The notes: generated by a model not told the origin, from the sequence alone. Counted from the first letter of the stretch, positions 7,788-16,922 are shown. The stretch is DNA of 29,783 bases from Deltaproteobacteria bacterium (GCA_021737245.1 JAIPEI010000001.1:1-29783), one strand, 5' to 3'. Translations and numbers: made by a program.

Positions 7788-7818
7788 GCCCCTTTTGAAC
7801 GCCTGGGCCGCTGTGCTC

Positions 7819-7847
7819 TTTACAAGCGGAAAAGCGGCGGGTAAAGT
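7819..7847 (+). promoter_or_regulatory. Sigma70-type promoter, divergent from the hsp20 promoter
   Basis: TTTACA (7819-7824), N17, TAAAGT (7842-7847). Confidence 0.65.
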
Positions 7848-7886
7848 GCGCTGAAGGTCGATGGAGCAAAAGGTCCGGGGCTTCAA

Positions 7887-8210
7887 ATGGGAATCACGCC
7901 GTTCAAGAAGACAAACAACCGTGCGGTTCTGGGGTTCCTGCTTCCTTTCGTGGCCATGGGGTCGGCCTGCGGGGTGGTCCTCTGGAATCGGGCCTACGGG
8001 CTGCCGTTTCCGGTCTGGCTGCCGATCCTCGTGCTGGTTCCCGTCCTTCTGGCCTGGGGGCTCTTCTTCTCGATCACATCGATTCCGCGCATCGAGGATC
8101 TCGGGGACAAGGACTATGCCTACTCCGGGCTCGTTCTCAACCTGTTCCTCGTCCTGCTCCTCTTCTCGAGCATCCTCTACTACCTTGTCCGCATTCATCC
8201 GGGCACATGA
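7887..8210 (+). CDS. Small membrane protein of unknown function, 107 aa, about 3 TM
   Basis: Three hydrophobic segments and a polar loop (IPRIEDLGDKDYAYSG). Has its own candidate promoter. Confidence 0.7.
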   Translation: MGITPFKKTNNRAVLGFLLPFVAMGSACGVVLWNRAYGLPFPVWLPILVLVPVLLAWGLFFSITSIPRIEDLGDKDYAYSGLVLNLFLVLLLFSSILYYLVRIHPGT

Positions 8211-8537
8211 CCCCGATGGTGTCTCCTCTCCGGTGACACCGGAGCGGTACGTGTCCGGGCTCCCTCCCGCTCATGACGTCACCCGCAGGTGACTTCAAAG
8301 CCTCCCGTCCATATCACCGGATGGTGACAGAAAACCGGGTGGACCGGTCTTTTGACCACGCGACCTTGGCCTGAAGGCCTCCTCGAGACCCTTGGGAGGA
8401 GGCCCGGCCTCTCTCTTCGATACTCCACATCTGGTGGTCCATAAACACTGGGGCACACGCTGTGGCGTGTCATTGACCACCCCCTCCCCTGTGCGTTTCC
8501 AGGGTCGCGTCCGGTTTTTCAGTGGAGCATTTTTCCC

Positions 8538-8567
8538 TTGACAAGCCGGGGAGTTATCGGGTAAAAG
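8538..8567 (+). promoter_or_regulatory. dcw (Pmra-like) promoter
   Basis: Perfect TTGACA at 8538-8543. The -10 is imperfect (TAAAAG at 8562-8567, N18). Lies directly upstream of mraZ. Confidence 0.55.
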
Positions 8568-8600
8568 TGTCACAAAGTGGAACTTAGTGTCATAAAGTGG
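8566..8600 (+). promoter_or_regulatory. MraZ-type operator: four AGTG(T/G) boxes at exact 10-bp period
   Basis: AGTGT 8566, AGTGG 8576, AGTGT 8586, AGTGG 8596. MraZ is known to bind GTGGG-like direct repeats with 10-bp period upstream of mraZ. Confidence 0.8.
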
Positions 8601-8609
8601 TGCCCCGGC

Positions 8610-9047
8610 ATGTTCAAAGGACGCTCCCGACATACCCTGGACGAGAAAGGACGGCTGGCCGTCCCTGCTCGTTTCAAGGAGGCCCTCCAGCAGAAGGGCA
8701 ACGACGTTCTGGTGCTCACGAACCACGACAGTTGCCTCTGGGCGTTTGCCCTGGACGACTGGCGCGCCATTGAGGAGAAAGCTGCAAATCTCTCCCTTTT
8801 CAACCATGCTGCCAACCGTTATCTGCGCTATTTTATCTCCGGTGCGCAGGAATGTCCACTCAAACAGGGCCGCATCACCATTCCTCCGGATCTGCGGGAC
8901 ATCGCCGGCTTGACCAAAGAGGTCGTACTCGTCGGTGAGCTGAAGATCTTCGAGATCTGGGATCGGGAGCGGTGGGAGGACGAGTTCGAGACGGCGAGAC
9001 AGAGCTTTCCCCAGGACAGCCAGGCCCTCTCGGAGCTGGGCATTTAG
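8610..9047 (+). CDS. mraZ: Division/cell-wall cluster transcriptional repressor MraZ, 145 aa
   Basis: MFKGRSRHTLDEKGRLAVPARF...GRITIPPDLR...FEIWDRERW. ATG at 8610; the track's 8577 start runs through the operator. Confidence 0.95.
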   Translation: MFKGRSRHTLDEKGRLAVPARFKEALQQKGNDVLVLTNHDSCLWAFALDDWRAIEEKAANLSLFNHAANRYLRYFISGAQECPLKQGRITIPPDLRDIAGLTKEVVLVGELKIFEIWDRERWEDEFETARQSFPQDSQALSELGI

Positions 9048-9059
9048 AGGTGAGAACCC

Positions 9060-9995
9060 TTGGAGTTCCCTCACGAACCGGTGCTCGTCGAGGAGGTGGT
9101 TCGAGACCTCCTGATCCGACCCGACGGGCTGTATGTGGATGGGACCTGCGGGAGCGGGGGGCACAGTCTGCCCGTCGCGGAAGCGTTGTCGAAGGAGGGG
9201 CGGCTGATCTGCCTGGACCGGGACCCCGAGGCCGTTCGCCGTTGCAGAGTCCGGTTGTCCTTTCTGGGAGAGCGGGTGGCGGTGCACAGGGCGAACTACG
9301 CGGACCTGGGGATCTTGCTCGAGGAGAGGGGCTCGGGAGGTGTGGACGGGATTCTGCTCGATCTGGGACTGTCGACCTATCAGCTCGATCAATCCGGCAG
9401 GGGTTTCAGCTTCCAGAGGAGCGAACCGCTGGACATGCGGATGGATCCGGAAAGCGGAGTGCCGGCCGCTCACCTGGTCAACACGCTGCCGGAGCGCGAG
9501 CTGGAGCGCATCTTGAAGAAGTACGGTGAAGAGAGAAAAGCACGGGCGATCGCCCGAGCCATCGTTCGAGCCCGGAGTGATGAGGAGATCATGACCGCAT
9601 CCCGGCTGGCCTCGCTGGTGAGATCCGTGGTCCCGCGCGCGCACTGGCCCGGGGCCAAGGATCCGGCCACGCGAACCTTTCAGGCGCTGCGGATCGCTGT
9701 AAACCGGGAGCTGGAGAATCTCGGGCTGTTTCTGGACAAGGTGCCCGAATGGATTCACCGGGGAGGGCGGCTCGTGATCCTGAGCTATCACTCCCTCGAG
9801 GACAGGATGGTGAAGCAGGCCTTTCGAGCTTGGGAAAAGGGATGCACCTGCCCGCCGGATTTTCCCGTCTGTACCTGCGGGAAAAGCCCCCTGTTCCGGC
9901 CGATTCGGCGGGATGGGCTGAAGCCGACGGAAAGGGAGATTGCCGAAAACCCCAGGGCCCGCAGCGCCGTCCTGCGGTCGGCAGAAAGGATTTGA
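9060..9995 (+). CDS. rsmH: 16S rRNA m4C1402 methyltransferase RsmH (MraW)
   Basis: HEPVL, YVDGTCGSGGHS, LLDLGLS...GFSF, PLDMRMD, YGEE, FQALRIAVNRE, SYHSLEDRMVK, NPRARSAVLR. Confidence 0.97.
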   Translation: MEFPHEPVLVEEVVRDLLIRPDGLYVDGTCGSGGHSLPVAEALSKEGRLICLDRDPEAVRRCRVRLSFLGERVAVHRANYADLGILLEERGSGGVDGILLDLGLSTYQLDQSGRGFSFQRSEPLDMRMDPESGVPAAHLVNTLPERELERILKKYGEERKARAIARAIVRARSDEEIMTASRLASLVRSVVPRAHWPGAKDPATRTFQALRIAVNRELENLGLFLDKVPEWIHRGGRLVILSYHSLEDRMVKQAFRAWEKGCTCPPDFPVCTCGKSPLFRPIRRDGLKPTEREIAENPRARSAVLRSAERI

Positions 9996-9998
9996 GCC

Positions 9999-10364
9999 AT
10001 GGGTGGTCGAAAAACAAGGAACGAGTTGAACAGGCTGCGGAATCATGGAACCGGCGTTCGGATTCACAATGCGAAGAAAAAGGACCGCGAGCTCCGGTTG
10101 ACACCCCGTCAGATCGTGGTCATCTCCATCATGTTCCTCATCTTCATGGGGAGCGGGATCGGCTATGTCTGGTCGAACTTCGAAGGTACCCAGATCGGCT
10201 ATGACCTGAGCCGTCTCCAGAAGCGGGAGATGGAGCTCACGGAGCTTCATCGCAAGCTCAAGCTTGAGCTCGCCTTCCTGAAGTCGCCGCAGTACCTGGA
10301 GCAGGCGGCCCGGAAAGCCGGTCTTCACCCGACGGACCCCGATCAGGTGATCCTGATTCCATGA
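9999..10364 (+). CDS. ftsL: Cell division protein FtsL
   Basis: Basic cytoplasmic N-terminus, one TM, heptad coiled coil, ending LEQAARKAGL. Lies between rsmH and ftsI. Confidence 0.85.
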   Translation: MGGRKTRNELNRLRNHGTGVRIHNAKKKDRELRLTPRQIVVISIMFLIFMGSGIGYVWSNFEGTQIGYDLSRLQKREMELTELHRKLKLELAFLKSPQYLEQAARKAGLHPTDPDQVILIP

Positions 10365-12394
10365 GATTTACGGAAAAGAAATGGATCCGATTCCGCATTT
10401 ATGTTGTCGCGACGGTGTTCGCGCTGGGACTTGCGGTGATCCTCGCACGGGGATATCAGCTCCAGGTCCGCGAACGGGACAAGCTCACCAGGATCGCCCG
10501 CAAAGGGTACAGTGGAACCGTGAAGCTCCCCCCCATGCGGGGCACGATCTATGACCGGAAGGGAAACGAGCTCGCGGTAAGCATCGAGGTGGCTTCCGTC
10601 TATGCCCATCCCCAGCGTGTCGAGGACAAGGCCGGGACCGCCGGGAAGCTCGCCCGGGTTCTTTCGCTTTCGAAAGCGGAGGTGCAGAGGGAGCTCGAAA
10701 AGAAGACGCCGTTCGTCTGGCTGCGCCGAAGGGTTCCGCCCGAGCTGGCGGAGCGTATCCGGAAGCTCGGGCTCAAGGGCGTCGGCACGACGGCCGAATC
10801 CAAACGCTTTTATCCCGGAAAGGAGATTGCGGGACACCTCATCGGCTTTTCGGGAACGGACAACCAGGGCCTGGAAGGTCTGGAAAAGGCCTATGACCGG
10901 TACCTCAAAGGCCCCGAGTATGTGCTGATCCAGATGCGGGACGCCCTTCGGCGACCGTTTTTCGTAAGCCGGCCCACGCCCCGGGAGGAGGACGGGACGG
11001 TTCGATCCATGCACGATCTCGTGCTGACGATCGACAAACATATCCAGTACAAGGCCCAGCAGGCGCTGAAGGAGGCGGTGGAACGGGCGAAGGCCGAGAG
11101 CGGCCAATGCGTCGTCGTGGATCCACAGAGCGGGGAGATCCTGGCCATGGCCGTGGTCCCCGCCTTCAACCCGAACTCCTTCGGCGAATACGAGCCGGAG
11201 GACTGGCGCAACCGGGTGATCACGGACTGCTACGAGCCGGGCTCCACCATGAAGGCCTTCCTGATCTCCGCCGCATTGGAAAAGACCGTTGTGTCTCCGC
11301 AGACGCGTTTCCACTGCGAGAACGGAAAATTCAAGGTTGCCAACCATGTGATTCACGACACCCACGAGTACGCGGAGCTCACGGCGGAAGATATCGTGGT
11401 GCTTTCGAGCAACATCGGCGCGGTCAAGATCGGGTGGAAGCTGGGCTATCGGACCTTCACGGACTACCTGCGGGGGTTCGGCTTCGGGAAGAAGAGCGGT
11501 GTGGACCTGATCGGAGAGCGGGCGGGCTTCATTCGTCCCGCGGCCGAGGCCCGGCCGATTGATCGGGCCAACATCTTCTTCGGGCAGGGATTGACGGTGA
11601 CCTCCATCCAGCTCGCCATGGCCATGGGAGCCGTCGCCAACAACGGGCGTCTGATGAGGCCTTACGTGGTCAAGGAGATCCGGGAGGCGAACGGCCGGGT
11701 CGTTCGGCGCACTCAGCCCCAGGTCGTCCGGCGGGTTCTCTCTCCGGATACGGCCCGGAAGGTCAAGAGAATCCTCAGCGGTGTGGTGAGCGACCGGGGG
11801 ACCGCTCCGCGCGCGGCGATCGCGGGCTATCAGGCCGCCGGGAAGACCGGCACCGCCCAGAAGGTGGACCCGAAGACGAAACGGTACTCGAGGAGCAAGT
11901 ACGTGGCGCTCTTCGTGGGGTTTGTCCCCGTGGACGATCCCAGACTGGTCTGTCTCGTGCTGGTGAACGAACCCAAGGGGAGCAGTTACGGGGGGGTGGT
12001 GGCCGCCCCGGCCTTCGGGGAGATCGGCCGGTGGGCCCTGAATCATCTCCGGGTGACTCCGCGCCTGAAGCTGGCGTCAGCCTATGAAAATACCGGGACG
12101 CGCGAGGAGGCGACCTTCGAGTTGGTGAAAGAGGGCGGAAGCGTCGGGACAGGAGAGGAGCGGGCGGGCATGAATGAAAACCGTGCGGGGAAGGGGGGCG
12201 CGGCCGTTCCGTCGGAGAGGAGGCTTCCCGATTTTCGTGGAGAGTCCATGAGGGAGGTCCTCCGGAAGGGCACCGACCTGGGCGTTCGTGTGGTTCTCGA
12301 GGGAAGCGGACTGGCGGTCGAACAGGAGCCCGAGGCGGGTGTGGGGCTGAGCCGCGTGAGCACGGTACGCGTACGCTTCAATCCGCCCCTCTGA
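10361..12394 (+). CDS. ftsI: Class B penicillin-binding protein FtsI (PBP3) with C-terminal PASTA domain, 677 aa
   Basis: RGTIYDRKG, EPGSTMK (SxxK), SSN (SxN), GKTGTAQK (KTG). C-terminal LPDFRGESMRE...GSG PASTA-like segment. ATGA overlap with ftsL. Confidence 0.95.
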   Translation: MRFTEKKWIRFRIYVVATVFALGLAVILARGYQLQVRERDKLTRIARKGYSGTVKLPPMRGTIYDRKGNELAVSIEVASVYAHPQRVEDKAGTAGKLARVLSLSKAEVQRELEKKTPFVWLRRRVPPELAERIRKLGLKGVGTTAESKRFYPGKEIAGHLIGFSGTDNQGLEGLEKAYDRYLKGPEYVLIQMRDALRRPFFVSRPTPREEDGTVRSMHDLVLTIDKHIQYKAQQALKEAVERAKAESGQCVVVDPQSGEILAMAVVPAFNPNSFGEYEPEDWRNRVITDCYEPGSTMKAFLISAALEKTVVSPQTRFHCENGKFKVANHVIHDTHEYAELTAEDIVVLSSNIGAVKIGWKLGYRTFTDYLRGFGFGKKSGVDLIGERAGFIRPAAEARPIDRANIFFGQGLTVTSIQLAMAMGAVANNGRLMRPYVVKEIREANGRVVRRTQPQVVRRVLSPDTARKVKRILSGVVSDRGTAPRAAIAGYQAAGKTGTAQKVDPKTKRYSRSKYVALFVGFVPVDDPRLVCLVLVNEPKGSSYGGVVAAPAFGEIGRWALNHLRVTPRLKLASAYENTGTREEATFELVKEGGSVGTGEERAGMNENRAGKGGAAVPSERRLPDFRGESMREVLRKGTDLGVRVVLEGSGLAVEQEPEAGVGLSRVSTVRVRFNPPL

Positions 12395-12416
12395 ATCGAG
12401 TCCGGGCAGGCGATCC

Positions 12417-13964
12417 ATGCAGGGGAAAAGGAACGGAAATCGAATGGAGCTGGGGCGACTCATCCAGGGCCTGAAGGGGGCGGAACTGCTCCGGGGCGAC
12501 CTGCACCGCAAGGTCGATGGTGTGGCGTACGATTCACGGAACATTCGACCCGGATATCTCTTCGTGGCCGTCAAGGGACACACGCAGGACGGCCATGCGT
12601 TTCTTCAGGAGGCCGCGGATCGCGGAGCCGGGGTTCTGGTGGCGGAAACGTTTCCCGAAATCGGGGGGGATGCGGCCATGATCCGCGTCCCCGACACGCG
12701 GGAAGCCATGACGCACATCGGGGCCCGGTTTTTCGATGAGCCGTACCGGGCGATGGAGATCGTCGGCATTACGGGGACCAACGGGAAGACGTCCACGACC
12801 TACCTCCTGGAATCCATTCTCCGGGCGGCCGGGACCCGTCCCGGCGTGATCGGCACCATCAACTACCGCTACGGGAAGACGAGCAGACCGGCGCCCGTGA
12901 CCACTCCCGAGTCCCTGGACCTGATGGCCGTGCTTCGGGAAATGGCGGACCACGGCGTCACTCACGCGGTGATGGAGGTCTCGAGCCATGCGCTGGAGCA
13001 GGGCCGGGTTCGAGGCTGCCCCATGCGGGTGGTGGTCTTCACGAATCTCTCCAGGGATCATTTGGACTATCACTCGGGCATGGACTCCTACTTCATGGCC
13101 AAGAGCATCCTGTTTCGGCCCCGCGAAGGCGGAGGAGTTCCGGGGGAAGGGGCGGCCGTGATCAACCTGGACGATCCGAGGGGGGCGGAGCTGGTTTCCC
13201 TGTCCGGAAGACCGGTCCGAACCTACGGGCTTCAGCAACGTTGCGATGTCCGAGCGGAAATCCTGTCCGAGGATCGGAACGGTCTGCGGGCGAGGCTGAG
13301 GGCGTCGGAAGGGGAGGTTGTGATCCAATCGTCCCTGATCGGGCGGATCAATCTCTACAACATCCTCGCCGCTGCGGGTGCGGCCCTCTCCCTCGGCGTC
13401 GGCCTGGATGAGGTGGCCTCCGGCGTCGAGCAGGTGCGAAGCATCCCGGGAAGACTGGAGCGAGTGGAGAACGAGCGCGGTTTGAGCATCCTGGTGGACT
13501 ACGCCCACACGCCGGATGCCCTGCAGAAGGCCCTGGAAACGGTTCGACCCCTGGTGGACGGGCGGCTCATCACGGTGTTCGGCTGCGGTGGAGATCGGGA
13601 TCGCGGAAAGCGGCCCGAAATGGGGCGGATAGGGGGAAGGTTGAGCGACCTCGTCGTGGTGACGTCCGACAACCCGCGAACCGAAAACCCGCTGGAGATC
13701 ATCGCCCAGGTGGAGGATGGGGTGCGGGCTTCCGGTCTCCCGCGCCTTCGAAACGGGACGACGGACCCGGGAGGTCGTGAAGGGTACGCGGTGGAGCCCG
13801 ACCGGAGGAAGGCGATCCGGCTCGCCGTAGCGGCTGCGACTCGAAAAGACATGGTCCTCATCGCAGGAAAGGGTCATGAGGACTACCAGGTTCTGGGAAC
13901 GGAACGGGTTCACTTCGACGATCGGGAGGAAGCGGCCATTGCGGCCGAAGTGAGTTCCGGTTGA
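12417..13964 (+). CDS. murE: UDP-MurNAc-Ala-Glu:meso-diaminopimelate ligase MurE (start may be 12444)
   Basis: GITGTNGKTST, TTPES, MEVSSH, FTNLSRDHLDYH, VDYAHTPDA, DNPR (meso-DAP specificity), AGKGHE. Confidence 0.96.
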   Translation: MQGKRNGNRMELGRLIQGLKGAELLRGDLHRKVDGVAYDSRNIRPGYLFVAVKGHTQDGHAFLQEAADRGAGVLVAETFPEIGGDAAMIRVPDTREAMTHIGARFFDEPYRAMEIVGITGTNGKTSTTYLLESILRAAGTRPGVIGTINYRYGKTSRPAPVTTPESLDLMAVLREMADHGVTHAVMEVSSHALEQGRVRGCPMRVVVFTNLSRDHLDYHSGMDSYFMAKSILFRPREGGGVPGEGAAVINLDDPRGAELVSLSGRPVRTYGLQQRCDVRAEILSEDRNGLRARLRASEGEVVIQSSLIGRINLYNILAAAGAALSLGVGLDEVASGVEQVRSIPGRLERVENERGLSILVDYAHTPDALQKALETVRPLVDGRLITVFGCGGDRDRGKRPEMGRIGGRLSDLVVVTSDNPRTENPLEIIAQVEDGVRASGLPRLRNGTTDPGGREGYAVEPDRRKAIRLAVAAATRKDMVLIAGKGHEDYQVLGTERVHFDDREEAAIAAEVSSG

Positions 13965-13992
13965 CAACGGAAGAAAGGGGGAGGCCCTGTCC

Positions 13993-15450
13993 ATGGCCGC
14001 CTCGTGGGGACGCATCACGGCCGGGGAGATCGCAGGCGCCGCAAACGGGGCCCTGATCGAGGGATCCGCGGACGCGGTGATCTCCGGCGTCACCACGGAC
14101 ACCCGGAATCTCGCGCCGGGGGAGCTCTTCTGGTCCCTGGTCGGGGAGCGGTTCGACGGCCACGACTTCATGCTCAGGGCGCTCGAGCAGGGAGCGGCGG
14201 GCGTTGTGGGAAAAACGGACCGGGTGCGATCCCTGTCCCTTCCCGAGGGACGCGCGGCCATCGGCGTGGAAGACCCCCTGAGGGCCCTGGGGGACCTGGC
14301 CTCGTGGTGGCGTCGTGAACACAGGGTCGCGGTGGCCGCCCTCACCGGCAGCGCCGGGAAGACGACCACCAAGGAGATGGCCGCGGCCGTGCTGGACCTG
14401 GAAGGACCGACTCTCAGGAACAGGGGGAACTTCAACAACCTGATCGGCCTCCCGTTGACCCTTCTCGGGCTTCTCGGGGAGCACCGCTACGCGGTCCTGG
14501 AGATGGGCATGAACAGGCCTGGAGAGATCGCGAGGCTCACCGAGATCGCCGATCCGGACGCGGGGCTCATCACAAACGTGGCCAGGGCCCACCTGGAAGG
14601 TCTGGGAGACCTTCGGTCCGTGGCCAGGGCCAAGGCGGAGCTCCTGGATCGAATGCGGCCGGGCGCAACGGCGATTCTCAACGGGGACGACGCACTCCTG
14701 ATGGCCGAGGCCCATCGGTTCCAGGGACACACCGTCACGTTCGGCCTGGGGCCGGAGAACCGGGTCCGGGCCGAACGCGTTCGGGCCCTGGGGCGAAACG
14801 GCATCCTGTTCGAGCTGGTGTACGGGGAAGAGCGGATCGAGGTCCGTCTTCCGGTCCCTGGGCGCCAGAACGTGTTGAATGCCCTGGCCGCGTCGGCCCT
14901 GGCCGGCAGCCTGGGCGCGGGCCTCGAGACCGTGGCGCAGGGGCTGGAAATGTTCAGGGGGGTCCCGGGCCGTTTCACTGTCCTGAATCTGCCCGGAGGC
15001 GGCGTTCTGGTGGACGACACCTACAATGCCAATCCCTCCTCGCTCGAGGCGGCCCTTGACTCGCTTGCCGACCTGGCGGGCGGGCGGGGACGGATCATCG
15101 TCTGTCTCGGGGACATGCTGGAGCTGGGGCGGGAAACGGTTCCCGCCCATCTGGAAGCGGGACGGGCGGCTGCGGAACGGGGTGCGGCGCATCTCCTGGT
15201 TCTAGGGGAGCAGGCGGATCACGTCATCCGCGGGGCCCTGGACCGGGGTCTCCCCGCCGAACGCACACATCGGATGCACAACCACGAGGAGATGGCGGAT
15301 GGAATCCTGGATCTGCTCGAGAACGGGGACGTCGTCCTACTCAAAGGCTCCAGGGGAATGCGGCTCGAGAAGGTGGTCGAGCGCATCGTCGGAGCGGGGC
15401 GGAAAGGAGGCCGTAGTGGTCTCGATCAAGAGGGTTCTGGTGGTGGATGA
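13993..15450 (+). CDS. murF: UDP-MurNAc-tripeptide:D-Ala-D-Ala ligase MurF
   Basis: LTGSAGKTTTKEM, NFNNLIGLPLT, EMGMNRPGEI, DDTYNANPSS, LGDMLELG, KGSRGM. Confidence 0.96.
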   Translation: MAASWGRITAGEIAGAANGALIEGSADAVISGVTTDTRNLAPGELFWSLVGERFDGHDFMLRALEQGAAGVVGKTDRVRSLSLPEGRAAIGVEDPLRALGDLASWWRREHRVAVAALTGSAGKTTTKEMAAAVLDLEGPTLRNRGNFNNLIGLPLTLLGLLGEHRYAVLEMGMNRPGEIARLTEIADPDAGLITNVARAHLEGLGDLRSVARAKAELLDRMRPGATAILNGDDALLMAEAHRFQGHTVTFGLGPENRVRAERVRALGRNGILFELVYGEERIEVRLPVPGRQNVLNALAASALAGSLGAGLETVAQGLEMFRGVPGRFTVLNLPGGGVLVDDTYNANPSSLEAALDSLADLAGGRGRIIVCLGDMLELGRETVPAHLEAGRAAAERGAAHLLVLGEQADHVIRGALDRGLPAERTHRMHNHEEMADGILDLLENGDVVLLKGSRGMRLEKVVERIVGAGRKGGRSGLDQEGSGGG

Positions 15451-15835
15451 CGAGCCGGGGGTTCGCGCGCTCCTCAGCGAAATCCTGGCGGGCCCTGAGC
15501 TTCATGTCACCCTTGCGGGCGACGGGCTCGAGGCCGTGCAGCTGCTCCGCCGGCGGCGGTATGATGCAGTCGTTACGGACGTGAACATGCCCGGCATGGA
15601 CGGCATCGATCTGCTTCGCTGGATGAAGAGGAACAAGCGCCGCGAGAAGGCCGTCGTCATGAGCGGATCGCCCCGGCACGATCTCCTTCCCGCCCCGGAG
15701 CTCCCTCCGATTCGGGCCCGGTTTCGAAAACCGTTCCGGATTGGAATGTTCGTGACGATCATGGAGGCGGTCCTGTTCGATCGCAGAGGAAATCCCGGAC
15801 GGCGCGCAGGGACCGGAAGAAAGGGAGTGGCCTGA
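15416..15835 (+). CDS. Single-domain response regulator (CheY-like receiver), 139 aa, inside the dcw cluster
   Basis: AGGAGG (15405-15410), 5 nt, then GTG at 15416. VLVVDDE, VVTDVNMPGMDG (phospho-Asp), VMSG (Ser), KPF (Lys). Overlaps the murF stop by 35 nt and ends 3 nt before mraY. Confidence 0.88.
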   Translation: MVSIKRVLVVDDEPGVRALLSEILAGPELHVTLAGDGLEAVQLLRRRRYDAVVTDVNMPGMDGIDLLRWMKRNKRREKAVVMSGSPRHDLLPAPELPPIRARFRKPFRIGMFVTIMEAVLFDRRGNPGRRAGTGRKGVA

Positions 15836-15838
15836 TCC

Positions 15839-16918
15839 ATGCTGTACAAGCTGATCTATATCTTCCATCAGGACCTCTCCTGGCTGAACGTGTTCCGTTA
15901 TATCACGTTCCGGACCATCCTGTCGGCGCTGTCGTCCCTGGCCGTCGTGCTCTTCTTCGGCCGATGGGGCATCGAACGGCTCCGGGCCATGCAGATCGGA
16001 CAGTTCATCCGCGAGGACGGACCGCCCGATCACAAGGGCAAGGCCGGCACCCCCACCATGGGAGGATGCCTGATCCTGCCCGTCATCATGCTTACCACGA
16101 TCCTGTGGGCGGATCCCGGGAACACCTATATCTGGCTGGCCATGGTGGTGCTTCTCGGCTTCGGCGGCATCGGGTTCGTGGACGACTACATCAAGCGGGT
16201 TCGCAAAAGCAGCCAGGGTTTGAGCGCCCGGTCCAAGTTCAGCCTGCAGTTCCTCGTCGCCACGGTCGTGGCGGTCTGCCTCTATACGTATCCCGACTTC
16301 GACTCGCGTCTCATGGTGCCGTTTTTCAAGAATCTCCAGCCGGATCTCGGTCCATGGTACATCCTGTTCGCCGTGTTCATCATCGTGGGGGCGTCGAACG
16401 CCGTCAATCTGACGGACGGGCTGGACGGTCTGGCCATCGGCCCCATCATCGTCTCTTTCAGCAGCTATCTGGTCTTTGCCTACCTGGCGGGGCACGTGAA
16501 GATTGCGGGATACCTTCAGATCCCCTACGTGGCGGGAGCGGGTGAGCTCTCGGTTCTGTGCGGGACGGTGGCCGGTGCGGGGTTGGGGTTCCTCTGGTAC
16601 AACGCCTATCCCGCAGAGGTGTTCATGGGGGACGTTGGTTCCCTGCCCCTCGGGGCCGTCCTGGGAACCGTCGCGGTGATCACCAAGCAGGAGATCGTCC
16701 TCGTTCTCGTCGGGGGCCTGTTCGTGGTGGAGGCTTTGTCGGTGATCTTCCAGGTCGCATACTTCAAGCTCAGGGAGGGGCGCAGGATCTTTCGCATGGC
16801 CCCCCTGCACCACCATTTCGAGCTGAAGGGATGGCCCGAGAGCAAGGTGACTGTTCGGTTCTGGATCATTTCCGTGATCCTGGCGCTCCTGGCCGTCAGC
16901 ACGTTGAAGCTGCGGTGA
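15839..16918 (+). CDS. mraY: Phospho-MurNAc-pentapeptide transferase MraY
   Basis: [45 protein letters not shown]. About 10 TM. Confidence 0.97.
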   Translation: MLYKLIYIFHQDLSWLNVFRYITFRTILSALSSLAVVLFFGRWGIERLRAMQIGQFIREDGPPDHKGKAGTPTMGGCLILPVIMLTTILWADPGNTYIWLAMVVLLGFGGIGFVDDYIKRVRKSSQGLSARSKFSLQFLVATVVAVCLYTYPDFDSRLMVPFFKNLQPDLGPWYILFAVFIIVGASNAVNLTDGLDGLAIGPIIVSFSSYLVFAYLAGHVKIAGYLQIPYVAGAGELSVLCGTVAGAGLGFLWYNAYPAEVFMGDVGSLPLGAVLGTVAVITKQEIVLVLVGGLFVVEALSVIFQVAYFKLREGRRIFRMAPLHHHFELKGWPESKVTVRFWIISVILALLAVSTLKLR

Positions 16919-16922
16919 TTTG

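Noticed and set aside
7741-7800. CIRCE or HAIR heat-shock operator upstream of hsp20
   Set aside because: No TTAGCACTC-N9-GAGTGCTAA or CTTGAGT-N7-ACTCAAG match.
9843-9878. CTC-PPDFPV-CTC cysteine motif in RsmH
   Set aside because: A common insertion in many RsmH proteins; not novel.
8295-10328. 677-aa - strand ORF across mraZ-rsmH-ftsL
   Set aside because: Antisense shadow over three well-supported genes and their promoter; no recognisable domain.
13961-13990. TTGACA at the murE stop as an internal promoter
   Set aside because: No -10-like hexamer at 16-18 nt.
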